From Candidatus Zixiibacteriota bacterium (GTDB lineage Bacteria; Zixibacteria; MSB-5A5; GN15; FEB-12), in contig JAJRQO010000007.1 in assembly GCA_024280215.1 (NCBI GenBank), forward strand, positions 35,371-99,370: DNA of 64,000 nucleotides. Reading direction: 5' to 3'. Shown here piece by piece: positions 10,446 through 22,259 of the stretch; position 1 is the stretch's first letter, and each line of letters starts with the position of its first letter. The notes beneath the pieces were generated by a model. That model made no database searches and was not told the DNA's origin. It worked only from the letters and a program-made list of their open reading frames with translations. The position numbers were made by a program, and so were the translations under genes.

Positions 10446-11014
10446 ATTCAAGATATATTCTCTTAGAATCAGAAGATTTGTTTATTAGACAACCACATCT
10501 CAATGATGCTTCTGAAATTGCTGACTATTTTATTCGTAACAGACAATTTCATAAACCGTTTGATCCTGTGCGTCCAGAAGATTTTTTCACCGAAGAAAAT
10601 TGGATGACCTGTATTGCTGGTGATTTACAAAAATGTCGCAACGATGAGTCGCTTAGGCTCTTTCTTTTCCACAAAGAAACTCCCTATAAAGCAATCGGGA
10701 TGGTTCATTATTTTGGATTTATTCGAGGAGCATTTCAAGCGGCCTATCTTGGCTATTCACTCGATGAATCCGAACAAGGCAAAGGGTACATGCACAAAGC
10801 ATTGGCTAAGACGCTTAATTATATGTTTGAGACTTTACATTTCCATCGGATTATGGCAAACTGTATGGTAGATAATATAAAAAGTTTAGAACTGCTTAAA
10901 AAACTCAATTTTGTTATCGAGGGAACTGCCAAAGATTATTTGCATATCAATGGTCAATGGGAAGACCATATCCTCTCTGCCTTAACAAATAAAAATTATT
11001 CAGTTACTCAGTAA
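10442..11014 (+). CDS. GNAT N-acetyltransferase (RimJ/RimL-like)
   Basis: 190 aa with a [10 protein letters not shown] acetyl-CoA-binding-like motif. The ATGA overlaps the msrB stop. Confidence 0.7.
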   Translation: MNSRYILLESEDLFIRQPHLNDASEIADYFIRNRQFHKPFDPVRPEDFFTEENWMTCIAGDLQKCRNDESLRLFLFHKETPYKAIGMVHYFGFIRGAFQAAYLGYSLDESEQGKGYMHKALAKTLNYMFETLHFHRIMANCMVDNIKSLELLKKLNFVIEGTAKDYLHINGQWEDHILSALTNKNYSVTQ

Positions 11015-11219
11015 CTTCAGATTCATCGGTAGACGCGATTAGCTCAAACTCAGTCTGACCTGTTTTAAGCATAAGTTTTACATAGGGATGACAGCGTTTA
11101 CAGTTATCACCAAATCGTACAAATTTTTGTAACTCTTCAAGTGATGTCGCATTATGTTTTTTTGCGATTGCTTTTAATTCTACAAATGTTTTCTTGAAAC
11201 AAATACACCGAGTAACCAA
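11004..11219 (-). CDS. BFD-like [2Fe-2S]-binding small protein
   Basis: 71 aa with the Cys pattern RCIC ... GDNCKRCHP, typical of the Fer2_BFD domain. Confidence 0.6.
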   Translation of the reverse strand: MVTRCICFKKTFVELKAIAKKHNATSLEELQKFVRFGDNCKRCHPYVKLMLKTGQTEFELIASTDESEVTE

Positions 11220-11330
11220 ATCAAATCCTTATAAATATAATCAGTCATACTGAGCCTGTCGAAGTCTCTCTCTTTATTATATAGAATATATTTGAAATAT
11301 ATGGAAAAATCAAATTCTGAATTGAAATAG

Positions 11331-12239
11331 TTATCCCTCGGAGCAGGATGTCCCTGCTGAGAAACAGGAGAAACAACGATGATGCCCAAGCATAACTCGT
11401 ACATCGATAGATTCTTTTAATGTCTTGGCAAGGTTATATTGATTATCATCATCAACAAGGGTGCAGGCATAGACCCCAGTCTGACCATTTTTCTTAACTA
11501 TCATGCGACTATAGGCACACATAAATTGAGCCCGTGATTTTTCATCTTTATAGGTTGTCATACAATTTTCAGTTATATGAGGTACATCAACCGATTTGTT
11601 TGCCTTAAAGAGATTATAAAAAACTATCAGTTTGGTCTCTTCAGGAAGTTTTGCTTTTATAAAAACCTGTCTAAATTTTTCTTCTACAGCTTTTTTATCT
11701 TCACTTTGCCTACCATAGCGAGCGACAGAAACTGAGTAACCATTTTCGTGCAACATCGTAAGCGTTTCAATTGCCATAGCAAATGAACCTTTGCCACGAC
11801 CATTATCATGCTCTTGTTCATCGGGATGGTCAATAGAGATTCGGAATTTTAACTGATGAGGTCTATTTTTTAGATTAAGCACTTTGTCAAAATGTGTTCG
11901 TATCGGACCTGTCCCATTGGTTAAGACCAAGCATGGACGATATTCCAATGCATACGATAATATTTTAACAAATTCAGAATTGACAAACGGTTCTCCACCA
12001 GTAAATGAAAACCGTTCAACACCAAGCTCGACCGCTTCATCTATATATTGTTTTGCTTCATCAAAAGTAAGCAGTTCAATTCGTCGGTCTCCTGGTTTTG
12101 AATCTTCAAAGCAGAATGAGCAACCTAAGTTGCAATCGGTACCAGTATGAAACCAAAGTTCACGTAATTTTTCTGTTTGTATATAGCCACGCTTTATTCC
12201 GTCAGGAGTCACAAGCCAATTATCATTTGTTATATGCAT
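11331..12239 (-). CDS. Radical SAM protein of unknown function
   Basis: Contains CNLGCSFC (CX3CX2C), a GGEP motif (FTGGEPF) and a Cys-rich C-terminus (HHRCFSCFSAGTSC). Confidence 0.7.
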   Translation of the reverse strand: MHITNDNWLVTPDGIKRGYIQTEKLRELWFHTGTDCNLGCSFCFEDSKPGDRRIELLTFDEAKQYIDEAVELGVERFSFTGGEPFVNSEFVKILSYALEYRPCLVLTNGTGPIRTHFDKVLNLKNRPHQLKFRISIDHPDEQEHDNGRGKGSFAMAIETLTMLHENGYSVSVARYGRQSEDKKAVEEKFRQVFIKAKLPEETKLIVFYNLFKANKSVDVPHITENCMTTYKDEKSRAQFMCAYSRMIVKKNGQTGVYACTLVDDDNQYNLAKTLKESIDVRVMLGHHRCFSCFSAGTSCSEG

Positions 12240-12432
12240 ACTGTCTTTTCTATCATGGTTTAGATTTGTCTTTCTTTTCAGAACAATTGCTATTTATAAT
12301 AGTTCCATGCTATAATAAGAAATTATATATATTTTTTATAGCATAAAATCATATTTGTCATGGTTTTATATAGCATTATAATTCAAATTTTATAAATTAC
12401 ACTACTGGACAGAACTTTAATTGAGAATTGAT

Positions 12433-15400
12433 ATGAGCAAAACAGAACAATTAAAACAATTACTATCTGAAAAAATCCTCATCCTTGATGGTGCTATGGG
12501 TACTTTGATTCAGGCATACAAACTTACCGAATCAGATTTTCGAGGAAGCCGTTTTATTGAACATCCTGTTGACCTCAAGGGGAACAATGATATTCTTTCA
12601 CTCACTCAACCTGAAATTATCGCTGAGATTCAAACATCCTATCTCAATGCAGGTGCTGATATTATCGGAACCAATACATTCAACGGAACCTCGATTTCTC
12701 AATCAGACTACCAGACCGAAAAATATGCCTATGAAATAAATTTTGAAGCAGCTAAAATCGCTAAAAAATTAGCTCTCGAATTTACTCAGCGAGATAGCAG
12801 TAAACCTCGCTTTGTTGTTGGTTCAATGGGACCGACCAATCGTACCTGTTCTATATCTCCCGATGTAAACAACCCCGGACTACGCACAGCAGATTTTGAA
12901 ATGATGCGAGCATCATACTATGAAGAGGCAAAGGGACTCATTGATGGTGGCGTAGACATTTTAGGCGTCGAAACTATTTTTGATACTTTAAATTCCAAAG
13001 CTGCACTTTTTGCAATCAAACAATTACTTGATGAATATAACAAACCAGATTTTCCTATCTGGATTTCAGGAACTATCACCGACAAGAGTGGTCGAACTCT
13101 TTCAGGACAAACAACAGAAGCTTTTTGGAATTCTATTCGTCATGTAAAACCATTTGCCGTTGGTTTAAATTGTGCAATGGGAGCAGACACTCTCAGACCA
13201 TTTATCGAAGAACTTTCAACACTTGCAGATTGTTTTGTATCCATTTATCCCAACGCAGGACTTCCAAATCAGTTTGGCGAATATGACGATACTCCGTCCT
13301 ACATGGCTTCGGTGTTAAAAGATTTTGCACAGGATGGGTTGCTAAATATCGTCGGTGGATGTTGTGGTTCCACACCTGACCATATCACCGCAATTTGTGA
13401 TGCGATGAAAGATGTCACACCAAGAGTTGTCCAACCGAAAGAACCTCTCACTCGCCTCTCTGGTTTAGAGCCGATGGTTTTTCGCCATGACTCTCTGTTT
13501 GTCAATGTAGGCGAACGTACCAATGTCGCAGGTTCAGCACGGTTTGCCAAGCTCATCAAAGCTGGTGAATATGAAAAAGCACTCGATGTTGCCATGCAGC
13601 AAGTTCGCAATGGTGCTCAGATTATTGACGTCAACATGGACGACGCTATGCTTGACGGCATAGATGCCATGGTCAAATTTCTCAACCAAGCCGCATCAGT
13701 ACCAGACATTGCCAAAGTACCGTTCATGGTCGACTCATCAAAGTGGGAGATTATCGAAGCAGGACTCAAATGTTTACAGGGGAAAGGAATCGTCAATTCT
13801 ATCTCGTTAAAAGATGGCGAAGAGTCTTTCCTTGGTAAAGCTGAGAAAATTAAAAACTATGGTGCAGCTACTATCGTCATGGCGTTTGATGAAAAGGGGC
13901 AAGCAGATAACTATGAACGTAAAGTTGAAATCAGCAGACGTGCCTACAAACTTCTGACTGAGAAAATTGATTTCCCTCCTGAAGACATAATTTTTGATCT
14001 GAATATTTTTGCAATCGCAACGGGTATAGCTGAACATAATTCATACGCTTTTGATTTTATCAATGCATGCAAAACAATTAAAGAAGAATTCCCACTTGTC
14101 AAAATTTCAGGCGGAGTCAGCAACCTTTCATTTTCATTTCGGGGTAATGACTATATTCGTGAAGCGATGCACTCAGTCTTTTTATACCACGCTATAAAAG
14201 CAGGTATGGATATGGGAATCGTCAACGCTGGACAACTGACAATTTATGATGACATTGAACCTGAGCTACGTAACGTTATCGAAAATTTAATCTTAAATCG
14301 TTCCGACGATGCCACGGAAAAACTTACCATCTTTGCTCAAAAAACAACTGGCAAAAAGAAATCAGCAATCATCGACCATGAATGGCGTAAGCTCCCTGTC
14401 TCCGAACGAATTTCCCATGCTTTGGTGCATGGTATTACCGATTATATTGTAAAAGACGTCGAAGAACTTCGTGCGACTGGTATTATTCCACTTGAACTTA
14501 TTGAAGGTCCCTTGATGAACGGTATGAAAATTGTCGGAAAACTTTTTGGCGAGGGGAAAATGTTTCTACCACAGGTTGTTCGTTCAGCGCGAGTGATGAA
14601 AAAAGCGGTCGAATATCTTGAGCCATTTTTAGAAAAAGAAAAAGAAAAAGGGAAGCAATCCTCACGAGGAAAAATCCTTTTAGCAACTGTCAAAGGGGAT
14701 GTCCATGATATAGGAAAAAATATTGTCGGTGTCGTTCTTGGCTGTAACAATTATGAAATCATCGACCTTGGTGTTATGGTTGCGGCAGAAACAATTTTAG
14801 AGACTGCCAAAGAACATAATGTCGATATTATAGGGCTGAGTGGGCTTATCACACCATCACTTGAAGAGATGGTGCATGTTGCCAAAGAGATGCAACGACA
14901 AAAGTTTGACAAACCTGTTCTCATTGGTGGAGCCACAACTTCACGTCTGCACACAGCGATCAAAATTCAACCGCAATATGATGGAAGCACTATCCATGTT
15001 GCCGATGCATCCCGTGCAGTTTCGGTTGTGAACAATCTACTTCACATTGACAAAAAAGGTTCCTTCACCGATTTTGTAAAAGAACAATACCAATCTCTTC
15101 GTTCAGATTATGCTCAAAAAAATGATAACACAAAACTACTTATCTTTTCTGATGCACAAAAAAATAAATCTCAGATAGACTTTAAAGATTTTAGTCCAGC
15201 GCTCCCAAATACGCTCAAGAGAGAAACACTATTCAATTATTCAATTTCTGAACTGAGAGAATATATTGATTGGACACCATTTTTCAAAGCATGGGAACTC
15301 CCAGGGAGATATCCAAATGTGTTATCGTCGACCCATACCAAAAAAGAAGCGAACAGACTTTTTGATGATGCCAATGCGATGCTTGATAAAATAGTTTCCG

Positions 15401-16113
15401 AATCACTCCTTGAAGCACGAGCAGTATTTCAGATTTTTCATGCACAATCTATTGGCGATGATGTACAGTTATTCACTGATGAAACCTATTCAAAAGATTT
15501 AGCTACACTATATTTTCTCCGTCGTCAAAAAGAAAAAACAGATCAACCAAACAGTTCGCTTGCCGATTTTATCGCTCCACAAAAATCTGAAATCAAAGAC
15601 TATATCGGTTTGTTCACCGTCACCGCAGGTATTAATACCGAGACAACTCTTGCTAATAATTTTGAAAAGCATGACGAGTATGGACAAATTATGTTCAAGC
15701 TACTTGCCGACAGACTTGCAGAATCATTTGCCGAACGACTTCACCAATTAGTGCGTCAAAAGTATTGGGGGTACGCACAAAACGAACAACTGAGCAATGA
15801 AGAACTCATCGCAGAATCATACCATGGCATCCGTCCCGCTCCTGGCTATCCTGCATGCCCTGACCATTTAGAAAAGAAAACAATTTTTAAGCTTTTAGAC
15901 TCGACAAACCAAATAGGAGTCTCACTTACCGAGGGTTGTGCTATGACACCAACAGCATCTGTCTCAGGGTATTATTTCGCTCACCCAGATGCCAAGTATT
16001 TTACTGTTGGAAAAATTTCTGAAGATCAAGTAACAGACTATGCAAGAAGAAAAAATATAAAATTAGAAACAGCTGAAAAATGGCTCGCTCCATACTTAGC
16101 TTATCAAAAATAA
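12433..16113 (+). CDS. metH: Cobalamin-dependent methionine synthase
   Basis: About 1226 aa with all four modules: Hcy-binding, pterin-binding, the B12-binding [10 protein letters not shown] motif, and the AdoMet reactivation domain. The ATG at 12433 is preferred over the TTG at 12421. Confidence 0.95.
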   Translation: MSKTEQLKQLLSEKILILDGAMGTLIQAYKLTESDFRGSRFIEHPVDLKGNNDILSLTQPEIIAEIQTSYLNAGADIIGTNTFNGTSISQSDYQTEKYAYEINFEAAKIAKKLALEFTQRDSSKPRFVVGSMGPTNRTCSISPDVNNPGLRTADFEMMRASYYEEAKGLIDGGVDILGVETIFDTLNSKAALFAIKQLLDEYNKPDFPIWISGTITDKSGRTLSGQTTEAFWNSIRHVKPFAVGLNCAMGADTLRPFIEELSTLADCFVSIYPNAGLPNQFGEYDDTPSYMASVLKDFAQDGLLNIVGGCCGSTPDHITAICDAMKDVTPRVVQPKEPLTRLSGLEPMVFRHDSLFVNVGERTNVAGSARFAKLIKAGEYEKALDVAMQQVRNGAQIIDVNMDDAMLDGIDAMVKFLNQAASVPDIAKVPFMVDSSKWEIIEAGLKCLQGKGIVNSISLKDGEESFLGKAEKIKNYGAATIVMAFDEKGQADNYERKVEISRRAYKLLTEKIDFPPEDIIFDLNIFAIATGIAEHNSYAFDFINACKTIKEEFPLVKISGGVSNLSFSFRGNDYIREAMHSVFLYHAIKAGMDMGIVNAGQLTIYDDIEPELRNVIENLILNRSDDATEKLTIFAQKTTGKKKSAIIDHEWRKLPVSERISHALVHGITDYIVKDVEELRATGIIPLELIEGPLMNGMKIVGKLFGEGKMFLPQVVRSARVMKKAVEYLEPFLEKEKEKGKQSSRGKILLATVKGDVHDIGKNIVGVVLGCNNYEIIDLGVMVAAETILETAKEHNVDIIGLSGLITPSLEEMVHVAKEMQRQKFDKPVLIGGATTSRLHTAIKIQPQYDGSTIHVADASRAVSVVNNLLHIDKKGSFTDFVKEQYQSLRSDYAQKNDNTKLLIFSDAQKNKSQIDFKDFSPALPNTLKRETLFNYSISELREYIDWTPFFKAWELPGRYPNVLSSTHTKKEANRLFDDANAMLDKIVSESLLEARAVFQIFHAQSIGDDVQLFTDETYSKDLATLYFLRRQKEKTDQPNSSLADFIAPQKSEIKDYIGLFTVTAGINTETTLANNFEKHDEYGQIMFKLLADRLAESFAERLHQLVRQKYWGYAQNEQLSNEELIAESYHGIRPAPGYPACPDHLEKKTIFKLLDSTNQIGVSLTEGCAMTPTASVSGYYFAHPDAKYFTVGKISEDQVTDYARRKNIKLETAEKWLAPYLAYQK

Positions 16114-16169
16114 TTTTGTTGATTTCTATGACCATTTAGAATTATTTAAAATAAACGAAAAGAAAAATT

Positions 16170-17111
16170 ATGTATATTATAGAACACTTACAAAAAGCAC
16201 AAAAACCGCTTTTCAGTTATGAAATAATTCCGCCGATGCGAGGTAAAAGCTGTCAGGATATTTTAGACATTGTCGAACAAATCCTACCGTATGACCCTCC
16301 GTTTATCGATGTCACCGCTCACTCTGCTGAAGCATACTACGAAGAATTTGATGATGGCACTATTAGAAGGCATGTCAGAAAAAAACGTACGGGAACAATT
16401 TCTATTTGTGGTATTATCCAAAACAGATATAACATCGATACCGTACCACATCTCCTCTGCCGTGGTTTTACAAAAGAGGAAACTGAAGATGCGATGATTG
16501 AGTTGAGCTATCTTGGTATTCACAATGTACTCGCCATACGAGGTGATGAGTCCAATTACAAAAAACCGATAGATACTGCTAAATCTGTAAATTCGTATGC
16601 CAATGAACTGGTGACTCAACTTGATAATCTCAAAAGTGGTACATACCTTGAAGAAATTGAAAACTCTGACCCAATCAATATGTGTATTGGTGTTGGTGGC
16701 TATCCAGAAAAACATCTTGAATCACCAAATCTCAAAACTGGTATTCAATATCTCAAAGCAAAAGTTGATGCGGGAGCAGATTATATTGTCACTCAAATGT
16801 TTTTTGATACTTCGTATTTCAACAAATTTGTCGCTGAATGTCGTAAGGCTGGTATTTTAGTGCCAATTATCCCAGGATTAAAAATACTAAGTGGCATTCG
16901 TCAGCTTTCTATACTTCCAAAACATTTTAATGTCACCATTCCAGAAGCATTATCAGATGAAATAACTGCAAACCCTAAACATGTCAAAGAAATTGGCGTC
17001 AATTGGGCTTATAAACAATCGGAAGAATTACTCAATAGCGGTGTACGGTGCCTTCATTTTTACATTATGAATGACACCAAAGCCGTTACCTCTGTGATAA
17101 AACAACTCTAA
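16170..17111 (+). CDS. metF: 5,10-methylenetetrahydrofolate reductase
   Basis: 313 aa, MTHFR-like (..FSYEIIPP.., HLLCRG, IRGD, VTQMFFD). It lies immediately downstream of metH. Confidence 0.85.
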   Translation: MYIIEHLQKAQKPLFSYEIIPPMRGKSCQDILDIVEQILPYDPPFIDVTAHSAEAYYEEFDDGTIRRHVRKKRTGTISICGIIQNRYNIDTVPHLLCRGFTKEETEDAMIELSYLGIHNVLAIRGDESNYKKPIDTAKSVNSYANELVTQLDNLKSGTYLEEIENSDPINMCIGVGGYPEKHLESPNLKTGIQYLKAKVDAGADYIVTQMFFDTSYFNKFVAECRKAGILVPIIPGLKILSGIRQLSILPKHFNVTIPEALSDEITANPKHVKEIGVNWAYKQSEELLNSGVRCLHFYIMNDTKAVTSVIKQL

Positions 17112-17229
17112 AGTTGTTGTTGATATTGTAGAGTAAAAGATATAAAATAAAGAAAAAGCAAGCTTGGTGTGTGAGGAACTAATTCACACTTTGAAAATTG
17201 GGAAAGATTTGACAAAAGGAATTGTCAGA

Positions 17230-18330
17230 ATGAAGAAACAAAGAATTATATTAATTGTCGGTGCAAGACCAAATTTTATGAAATCAGCTCCGCTCATGCG
17301 GTCGCTTTTATCCAATAAAGATTTATTTGATACAAAATTGATTCATACGGGGCAGCATTATGACCATGCATTATCCCAGTTGTTTTTTGATGAGTTAAAA
17401 ATGCCAAAACCGGATGTCTATCTCGGTGTTGGTTCCGCATCACATGCTGAGCAAACAGCAAAAATAATGATTGAGTTAGAAAAATCTTTTACCGAACTCA
17501 AACCAGATTTAGTAATGGTCTTTGGAGATATCAATTCAACTCTTGCCGCCGCAATCGTCGCTGCCAAAATGTGTATAAAGCTTGCACATGTCGAGGCAGG
17601 ACTTCGTTCATTTGACCATACCATGCCAGAAGAAATCAATCGAATTGTGACTGACAGATTATCTGACTACTTATTTGTATCCGAAGAATCTGGACTCCAA
17701 AATTTGAAAAATGAAGGCGTCCCTGATTCAAAAATATTTTATACTGGCAATATCATGATTGATTCACTTGTCGCAAACTTAGAAGTTGCATCGCAGTCTG
17801 ATATTTTGGATAGACTTTCTTTAGAACCTGATAATTATATTACCATGACAATGCATCGTCCTGCCAATGTCGATTCAGAAAATAAACTCAAAGAACTTTT
17901 TTCGAGCATTACAGAAATTTCAAAAGAGATTCCAATTGTCTTCCCATGCCACCCTCGTACAAAACAACGTCTCAAAGATTTTGGTATAAATGAAAATGAT
18001 AACTCTCACGGACTAAAACTTATCGAACCTCTTGGCTATCTTGACTTTTTGAAACTACAATCAAAGTCAAAGTGTGTCTTAACCGATTCAGGCGGCGTAC
18101 AGGAAGAAACTACATTTTTACAAATTCCTTGTATAACCATGCGTGAAAATACTGAACGTCCATCAACTGTTGAAATCGGTTCTAACTTGGTGATTGGTGT
18201 TGACCCGCAAGTTATCCAAGAGACAACTCTTGATTCTATTCGTGGTAATGCCAAAGTTGGAAACATTCCAAAGCTTTGGGATGGCAATACCGCCGATCGT
18301 ATCGTTGATATCATGCGTAAGCAATTATAG
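17230..18330 (+). CDS. wecB: UDP-N-acetylglucosamine 2-epimerase (non-hydrolysing)
   Basis: Contains MKKQRIILIVGARPNFMK..., HVEAGLRSFD, and DSGGVQEETTFLQIPCITMRENTERPSTV. The ATG at 17230 is preferred over the TTG at 17164. Confidence 0.85.
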   Translation: MKKQRIILIVGARPNFMKSAPLMRSLLSNKDLFDTKLIHTGQHYDHALSQLFFDELKMPKPDVYLGVGSASHAEQTAKIMIELEKSFTELKPDLVMVFGDINSTLAAAIVAAKMCIKLAHVEAGLRSFDHTMPEEINRIVTDRLSDYLFVSEESGLQNLKNEGVPDSKIFYTGNIMIDSLVANLEVASQSDILDRLSLEPDNYITMTMHRPANVDSENKLKELFSSITEISKEIPIVFPCHPRTKQRLKDFGINENDNSHGLKLIEPLGYLDFLKLQSKSKCVLTDSGGVQEETTFLQIPCITMRENTERPSTVEIGSNLVIGVDPQVIQETTLDSIRGNAKVGNIPKLWDGNTADRIVDIMRKQL

Positions 18331-18342
18331 AAAGTTTAGCGT

Positions 18343-20250
18343 ATGTGTGGAATTGTTGGTACCTTTTCGTTTAGTTCAAATACATTTGAAGTTTCTGAAT
18401 CTTATATTAAAATTATGCGTGATACGATGGAACACCGAGGACCTGATGGTTATGGTGTTTGGATTAATACTGATAAAAAAGTTGGTTTTGGTCATCGTAG
18501 ACTTTCGATAATTGATTTATCTACGGCTGCTGCTCAGCCAATGTCGAATGAAGATGATTCTTTATGGGTGACATTTAACGGTGAAATATACAACCATGCT
18601 GAAATTCGGACAGAACTTGAACAAACAGGAAACCATTCCTTTAAAACAGACCATTCTGATACAGAAATAATTTTACATGCCTTTGAAGAATGGGGAATAG
18701 ACTGCCTTCATAAATTTAGAGGTATTTTTGCTTTTGCTCTATGGGATAACAAGAAAAAAGAACTCTGGTTAGTCCGTGACCGTATTGGTGTAAAACCACT
18801 TTACTATTCGATTCATGATGGAAGAATTGTCTTTGCGTCCGAAATCAAAGCAATTCTTAAAGATAAAGATCAAAAAAGAGCAGTAAACGAAACATCACTC
18901 TACCATTTTTTATCCTTTTTAACTACTCCGGCACCAAACACTCTCTTTGAGGGTATTCAGAAACTCCAATGCGGGAGTTGGATAAAAATAGATAGTAACG
19001 GTGAAGTACAACATGAAAAATACTACGATGTATTAGACTATACTTCGGACTATTCACATCTTTCTGAAAAAGATATTACCGATAAAATATTGGAAGAATT
19101 ACGCACAGCAGTAAAACTTCGTAAAGAATCCGATGTTCCTGTTGGAGTTTTTCTCTCAGGGGGGATTGATTCAAGTACTAACGCTGCCTTGTTTTCAGAA
19201 GGCGATGCTCAAAATGTTCAAACATTTACAATTGGTTATAAAGGTAATTATAAATCATATCCAAATGAAACAGAGTATGCCAAAAAAATGGCAGCTACTG
19301 TAAATGCCAAATATCATGAACATCTGTTAACAATAGATGACTTATTAGATTTTCTCCCAAAGATGATAAAGCTTCAAGACGAACCTATCGCTGATCCTGT
19401 CTGTGTGCCTGTTTATTATGTGTCGAAGCTTGCTCGTGACAACGGTGTAATCGTCTGTCAGGTTGGAGAAGGTGCCGATGAATTGTATTGGGGATATCGA
19501 GGATGGAAATATACTCTGCGATTACAGCAATTTAACAATATTCCATTTATGTCTCTTCCCAAAAAAGGTTTATTATCACTTTTAAAAATGCTTGGAAAAG
19601 AGAGTGCAGGATATTACGAATATCTTAGACGAGGGGCAAACAATCAGCCAATTTTCTGGAGTGGGGCTGAAGCATTCACCGAAACAGAAAAAATAAAATT
19701 ACTTTCTCCACGACTCAAGGAAAAATTTAAAGATTTTTCTTCGTGGGAAGCAATTAAACCTATTAGAAAACAGTTTGACGAAAAAGCTTCTGATACATCA
19801 GACCTCAATTGGATGACATATGTTGATTTAAACCTTCGACTTCCAGAACTTCTTCTTATGCGAGTTGATAAAATGAGCATGGGTGTTTCGCTTGAGGGAA
19901 GAGTCCCATTCTTGGATCATAAATTTGTTGAACTGGCGTTATCTATTCCACAAAAGATGAAAACAAAAGACAACGTTTTAAAATATATGCTCAAAAAAGC
20001 TGTGAGGGGTGTTATACCTGATGAACTAATTGACAGAAAAAAACAAGGTTTTGGTGTTCCTGTCTATGAGTGGCTTTTTGATAAACTTGGCGATAAAATT
20101 AAAATAGAACTTTCAGAGTTTTGCGATAAAACAGACTTCTTGGATAAAGATGAAGTAATGCGACAAATTGAACTTAAAAACGGACCCAAAATTTGGTACC
20201 TTCTTAACTTGGCATTGTGGTGGAAAGAATATATTGAAGAGCAATCTTAA
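18343..20250 (+). CDS. Asparagine synthase (glutamine-hydrolysing) family amidotransferase, polysaccharide-locus paralogue
   Basis: Has the MCGI N-terminal nucleophile and the SGGIDSS PP-loop. 635 aa. Confidence 0.85.
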   Translation: MCGIVGTFSFSSNTFEVSESYIKIMRDTMEHRGPDGYGVWINTDKKVGFGHRRLSIIDLSTAAAQPMSNEDDSLWVTFNGEIYNHAEIRTELEQTGNHSFKTDHSDTEIILHAFEEWGIDCLHKFRGIFAFALWDNKKKELWLVRDRIGVKPLYYSIHDGRIVFASEIKAILKDKDQKRAVNETSLYHFLSFLTTPAPNTLFEGIQKLQCGSWIKIDSNGEVQHEKYYDVLDYTSDYSHLSEKDITDKILEELRTAVKLRKESDVPVGVFLSGGIDSSTNAALFSEGDAQNVQTFTIGYKGNYKSYPNETEYAKKMAATVNAKYHEHLLTIDDLLDFLPKMIKLQDEPIADPVCVPVYYVSKLARDNGVIVCQVGEGADELYWGYRGWKYTLRLQQFNNIPFMSLPKKGLLSLLKMLGKESAGYYEYLRRGANNQPIFWSGAEAFTETEKIKLLSPRLKEKFKDFSSWEAIKPIRKQFDEKASDTSDLNWMTYVDLNLRLPELLLMRVDKMSMGVSLEGRVPFLDHKFVELALSIPQKMKTKDNVLKYMLKKAVRGVIPDELIDRKKQGFGVPVYEWLFDKLGDKIKIELSEFCDKTDFLDKDEVMRQIELKNGPKIWYLLNLALWWKEYIEEQS

Positions 20251-20416
20251 TATGGCATTTATTTCTGATTTATAAAGAAGAAATTTCCACATTCTGATTT
20301 TACAAAATTATATGCTGTGTGATAAATTATTACTAATCTTATATTGTTCAACAGATTATAAGTCAAATGCGAAGAGCAATGTGATAGGCACAACAATTGC
20401 ATAACTAAAACGTGAT

Positions 20417-21526
20417 ATGGAAAAAATACATTTAAAAAAGAATGCCGAAACTGTCGCATCACCATTTTTTCAATCTGTGATGCTACCGCTTCTACGGTAT
20501 AAACGAATGACCTACACGATTGTTACCGCAACCTTGATGGTCACATTAGTATATTGTCTTTTAATACCTAACTGGTATACATCCACTGCGACTATTCTAC
20601 CAACATCAGGAAGCGGAGGTCTTTCGGGACTTTCATCTTTTGCTGGATCACTTGCTGACTTAGGTTTAGGAACTATGATGCAGGCAGATGAAAATTCATC
20701 GGCTTTGTTTCCTAAGATATTAAAAAGTAGATTGATTTCTGAAAAAATCTTAAACCATCAATTTGATTTCAATTTTGAAAATCAAAAACAAAGTATGACC
20801 CTTGCCGAATATATCAACGCTGACAACCGAGACAAAGAAATTAAAAAACTTAACAAGCTGATAACTATCAATGTTGATAAATCGACAGGCGTTATCAGAC
20901 TTTCTGCTATGACAGAATATCCTGAACTTTCGGCACTTGTAGTGCATACATATTTAGATGAGCTCAATGATTATAACATGAACAATAGAACATCCAAAGC
21001 ACAAGAAAATAAAAATTTTATTGAAAACAGATTAACTGGTGTAATAGCTGAGTTATATACTGTTGAAGAAAAGCTAAAAACATTTCAAAATAATAATCGT
21101 AACTACTTAGCATCGTCAGATCCAACCCTTCGACAGGAACATCTGCGATTACAACGACAAGTCTCTATAAAAGAAGCAGTTATGTTACAACTAACAAAAC
21201 AGTTTGAACTCGCACGGGTTGAAGCCGCTAAAGATATTCCGATTGTACGAGTCATCGACAAAGGTTCAGTTCCAATCATGAAAACAAAGCCAAGTAGAAC
21301 AATCTATATGTTCATGGCTTTGATTGGTTCAATTATATTTTCAGTGATTTTATCATTATCGTTTGAGCTTTTTCAAAAGAGAGAAATTTCAAAACAGATG
21401 AACAACATCTTGTTGTCACCTGAAGTAGAAATGAATAAATTTGAAAAAAAGATTTTTCAAAGAACCACAAATAGAATGAATAACAAAGAAAATAAGATAG
21501 AAAACATAGACAGGACGTCGGTTTAA
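20417..21526 (+). CDS. Wzz/GumC-like polysaccharide chain-length determinant
   Basis: 369 aa with one TM near each end, a long coiled-coil-rich periplasmic middle, and polysaccharide-locus context. Confidence 0.6.
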   Translation: MEKIHLKKNAETVASPFFQSVMLPLLRYKRMTYTIVTATLMVTLVYCLLIPNWYTSTATILPTSGSGGLSGLSSFAGSLADLGLGTMMQADENSSALFPKILKSRLISEKILNHQFDFNFENQKQSMTLAEYINADNRDKEIKKLNKLITINVDKSTGVIRLSAMTEYPELSALVVHTYLDELNDYNMNNRTSKAQENKNFIENRLTGVIAELYTVEEKLKTFQNNNRNYLASSDPTLRQEHLRLQRQVSIKEAVMLQLTKQFELARVEAAKDIPIVRVIDKGSVPIMKTKPSRTIYMFMALIGSIIFSVILSLSFELFQKREISKQMNNILLSPEVEMNKFEKKIFQRTTNRMNNKENKIENIDRTSV

Positions 21527-21593
21527 TTATTATAGGAGTATTAAAAAGATTAAATCATTACTTCGCTCAGGTGCAAAAACAGTATATAAATAT

Positions 21594-22250
21594 ATGACAG
21601 AGATTCCAAACCGACTTACTATCTCAGCAGGTCGAATGGGTATGATTGAGCTTTACCAACCAATATATGGTGAAGAAGAAACTGGTGCTCAACGGATGTG
21701 TGTCGACCGTTGGACAAAGATGAAAGAACATCTTCCCAAAGGCAAATTTTCGTTTATGGACATTGGCTCACAGATTGGTTATTTTACTTTTCAAGCAGCT
21801 AAAGAGGGTGGTGTTTCATTTGGTGTAGAGCGTAACAAACGGTATTGTGAAGTAGCCCATGCGATTAAATCAATTCGCAACATGGACCATGTTGCATTTC
21901 TCAATATCGGCATTGATTCTTTTACTGTCAAAGGTCTACCAAATGTTGACGTTCTCTGTTGTATGTCAATCTATCATCACTGGGTTCGTGAAAGTGGTTT
22001 TGAAGAGGCTGATAAAATTTTCACCGAACTGACAAACCGTACCAACTCAATTTTCTTTGATACTGGTCAATCAAATGAACAAGATGTTGATTGGACGAAA
22101 GATCTCGAGTTTATGAATCCAAATCCTATTGAGTGGATTGAAAAATATCTCAAATCAAAAGGCTTTACAACTGTTAAACAGCTTGGTGAATTTGCTACAC
22201 ATCTTTCGCCTGTACCACGTATGCTCTTTTTTGCTTCTAAAGATAAATAA
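21594..22250 (+). CDS. Putative class I SAM-dependent methyltransferase
   Basis: Contains FMDIGSQIGYFTFQAAKEG (motif I-like DxGxxxG) followed by an acidic loop (GVERN). The similarity is weak. Confidence 0.4.
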   Translation: MTEIPNRLTISAGRMGMIELYQPIYGEEETGAQRMCVDRWTKMKEHLPKGKFSFMDIGSQIGYFTFQAAKEGGVSFGVERNKRYCEVAHAIKSIRNMDHVAFLNIGIDSFTVKGLPNVDVLCCMSIYHHWVRESGFEEADKIFTELTNRTNSIFFDTGQSNEQDVDWTKDLEFMNPNPIEWIEKYLKSKGFTTVKQLGEFATHLSPVPRMLFFASKDK

Positions 22251-22259
22251 ATTATCGAA

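Noticed and set aside
12240-12432. A possible cobalamin, SAM or SAH riboswitch in the metH leader.
   Set aside because: The leader is almost pure A/T. It has no B12-box-like or SAM-I/SAH-like conserved GC segments and no terminator or anti-terminator pair.
17169-17189. GTGTGA-N9-TCACAC upstream of wecB, and TGTGA...TCACA within the 55.5-kb hairpin, considered as CRP/FNR-type sites.
   Set aside because: The spacings (9 and 22 nt) do not fit the TGTGA-N6-TCACA or TTGAT-N4-ATCAA architectures. The words are short enough to recur by chance.
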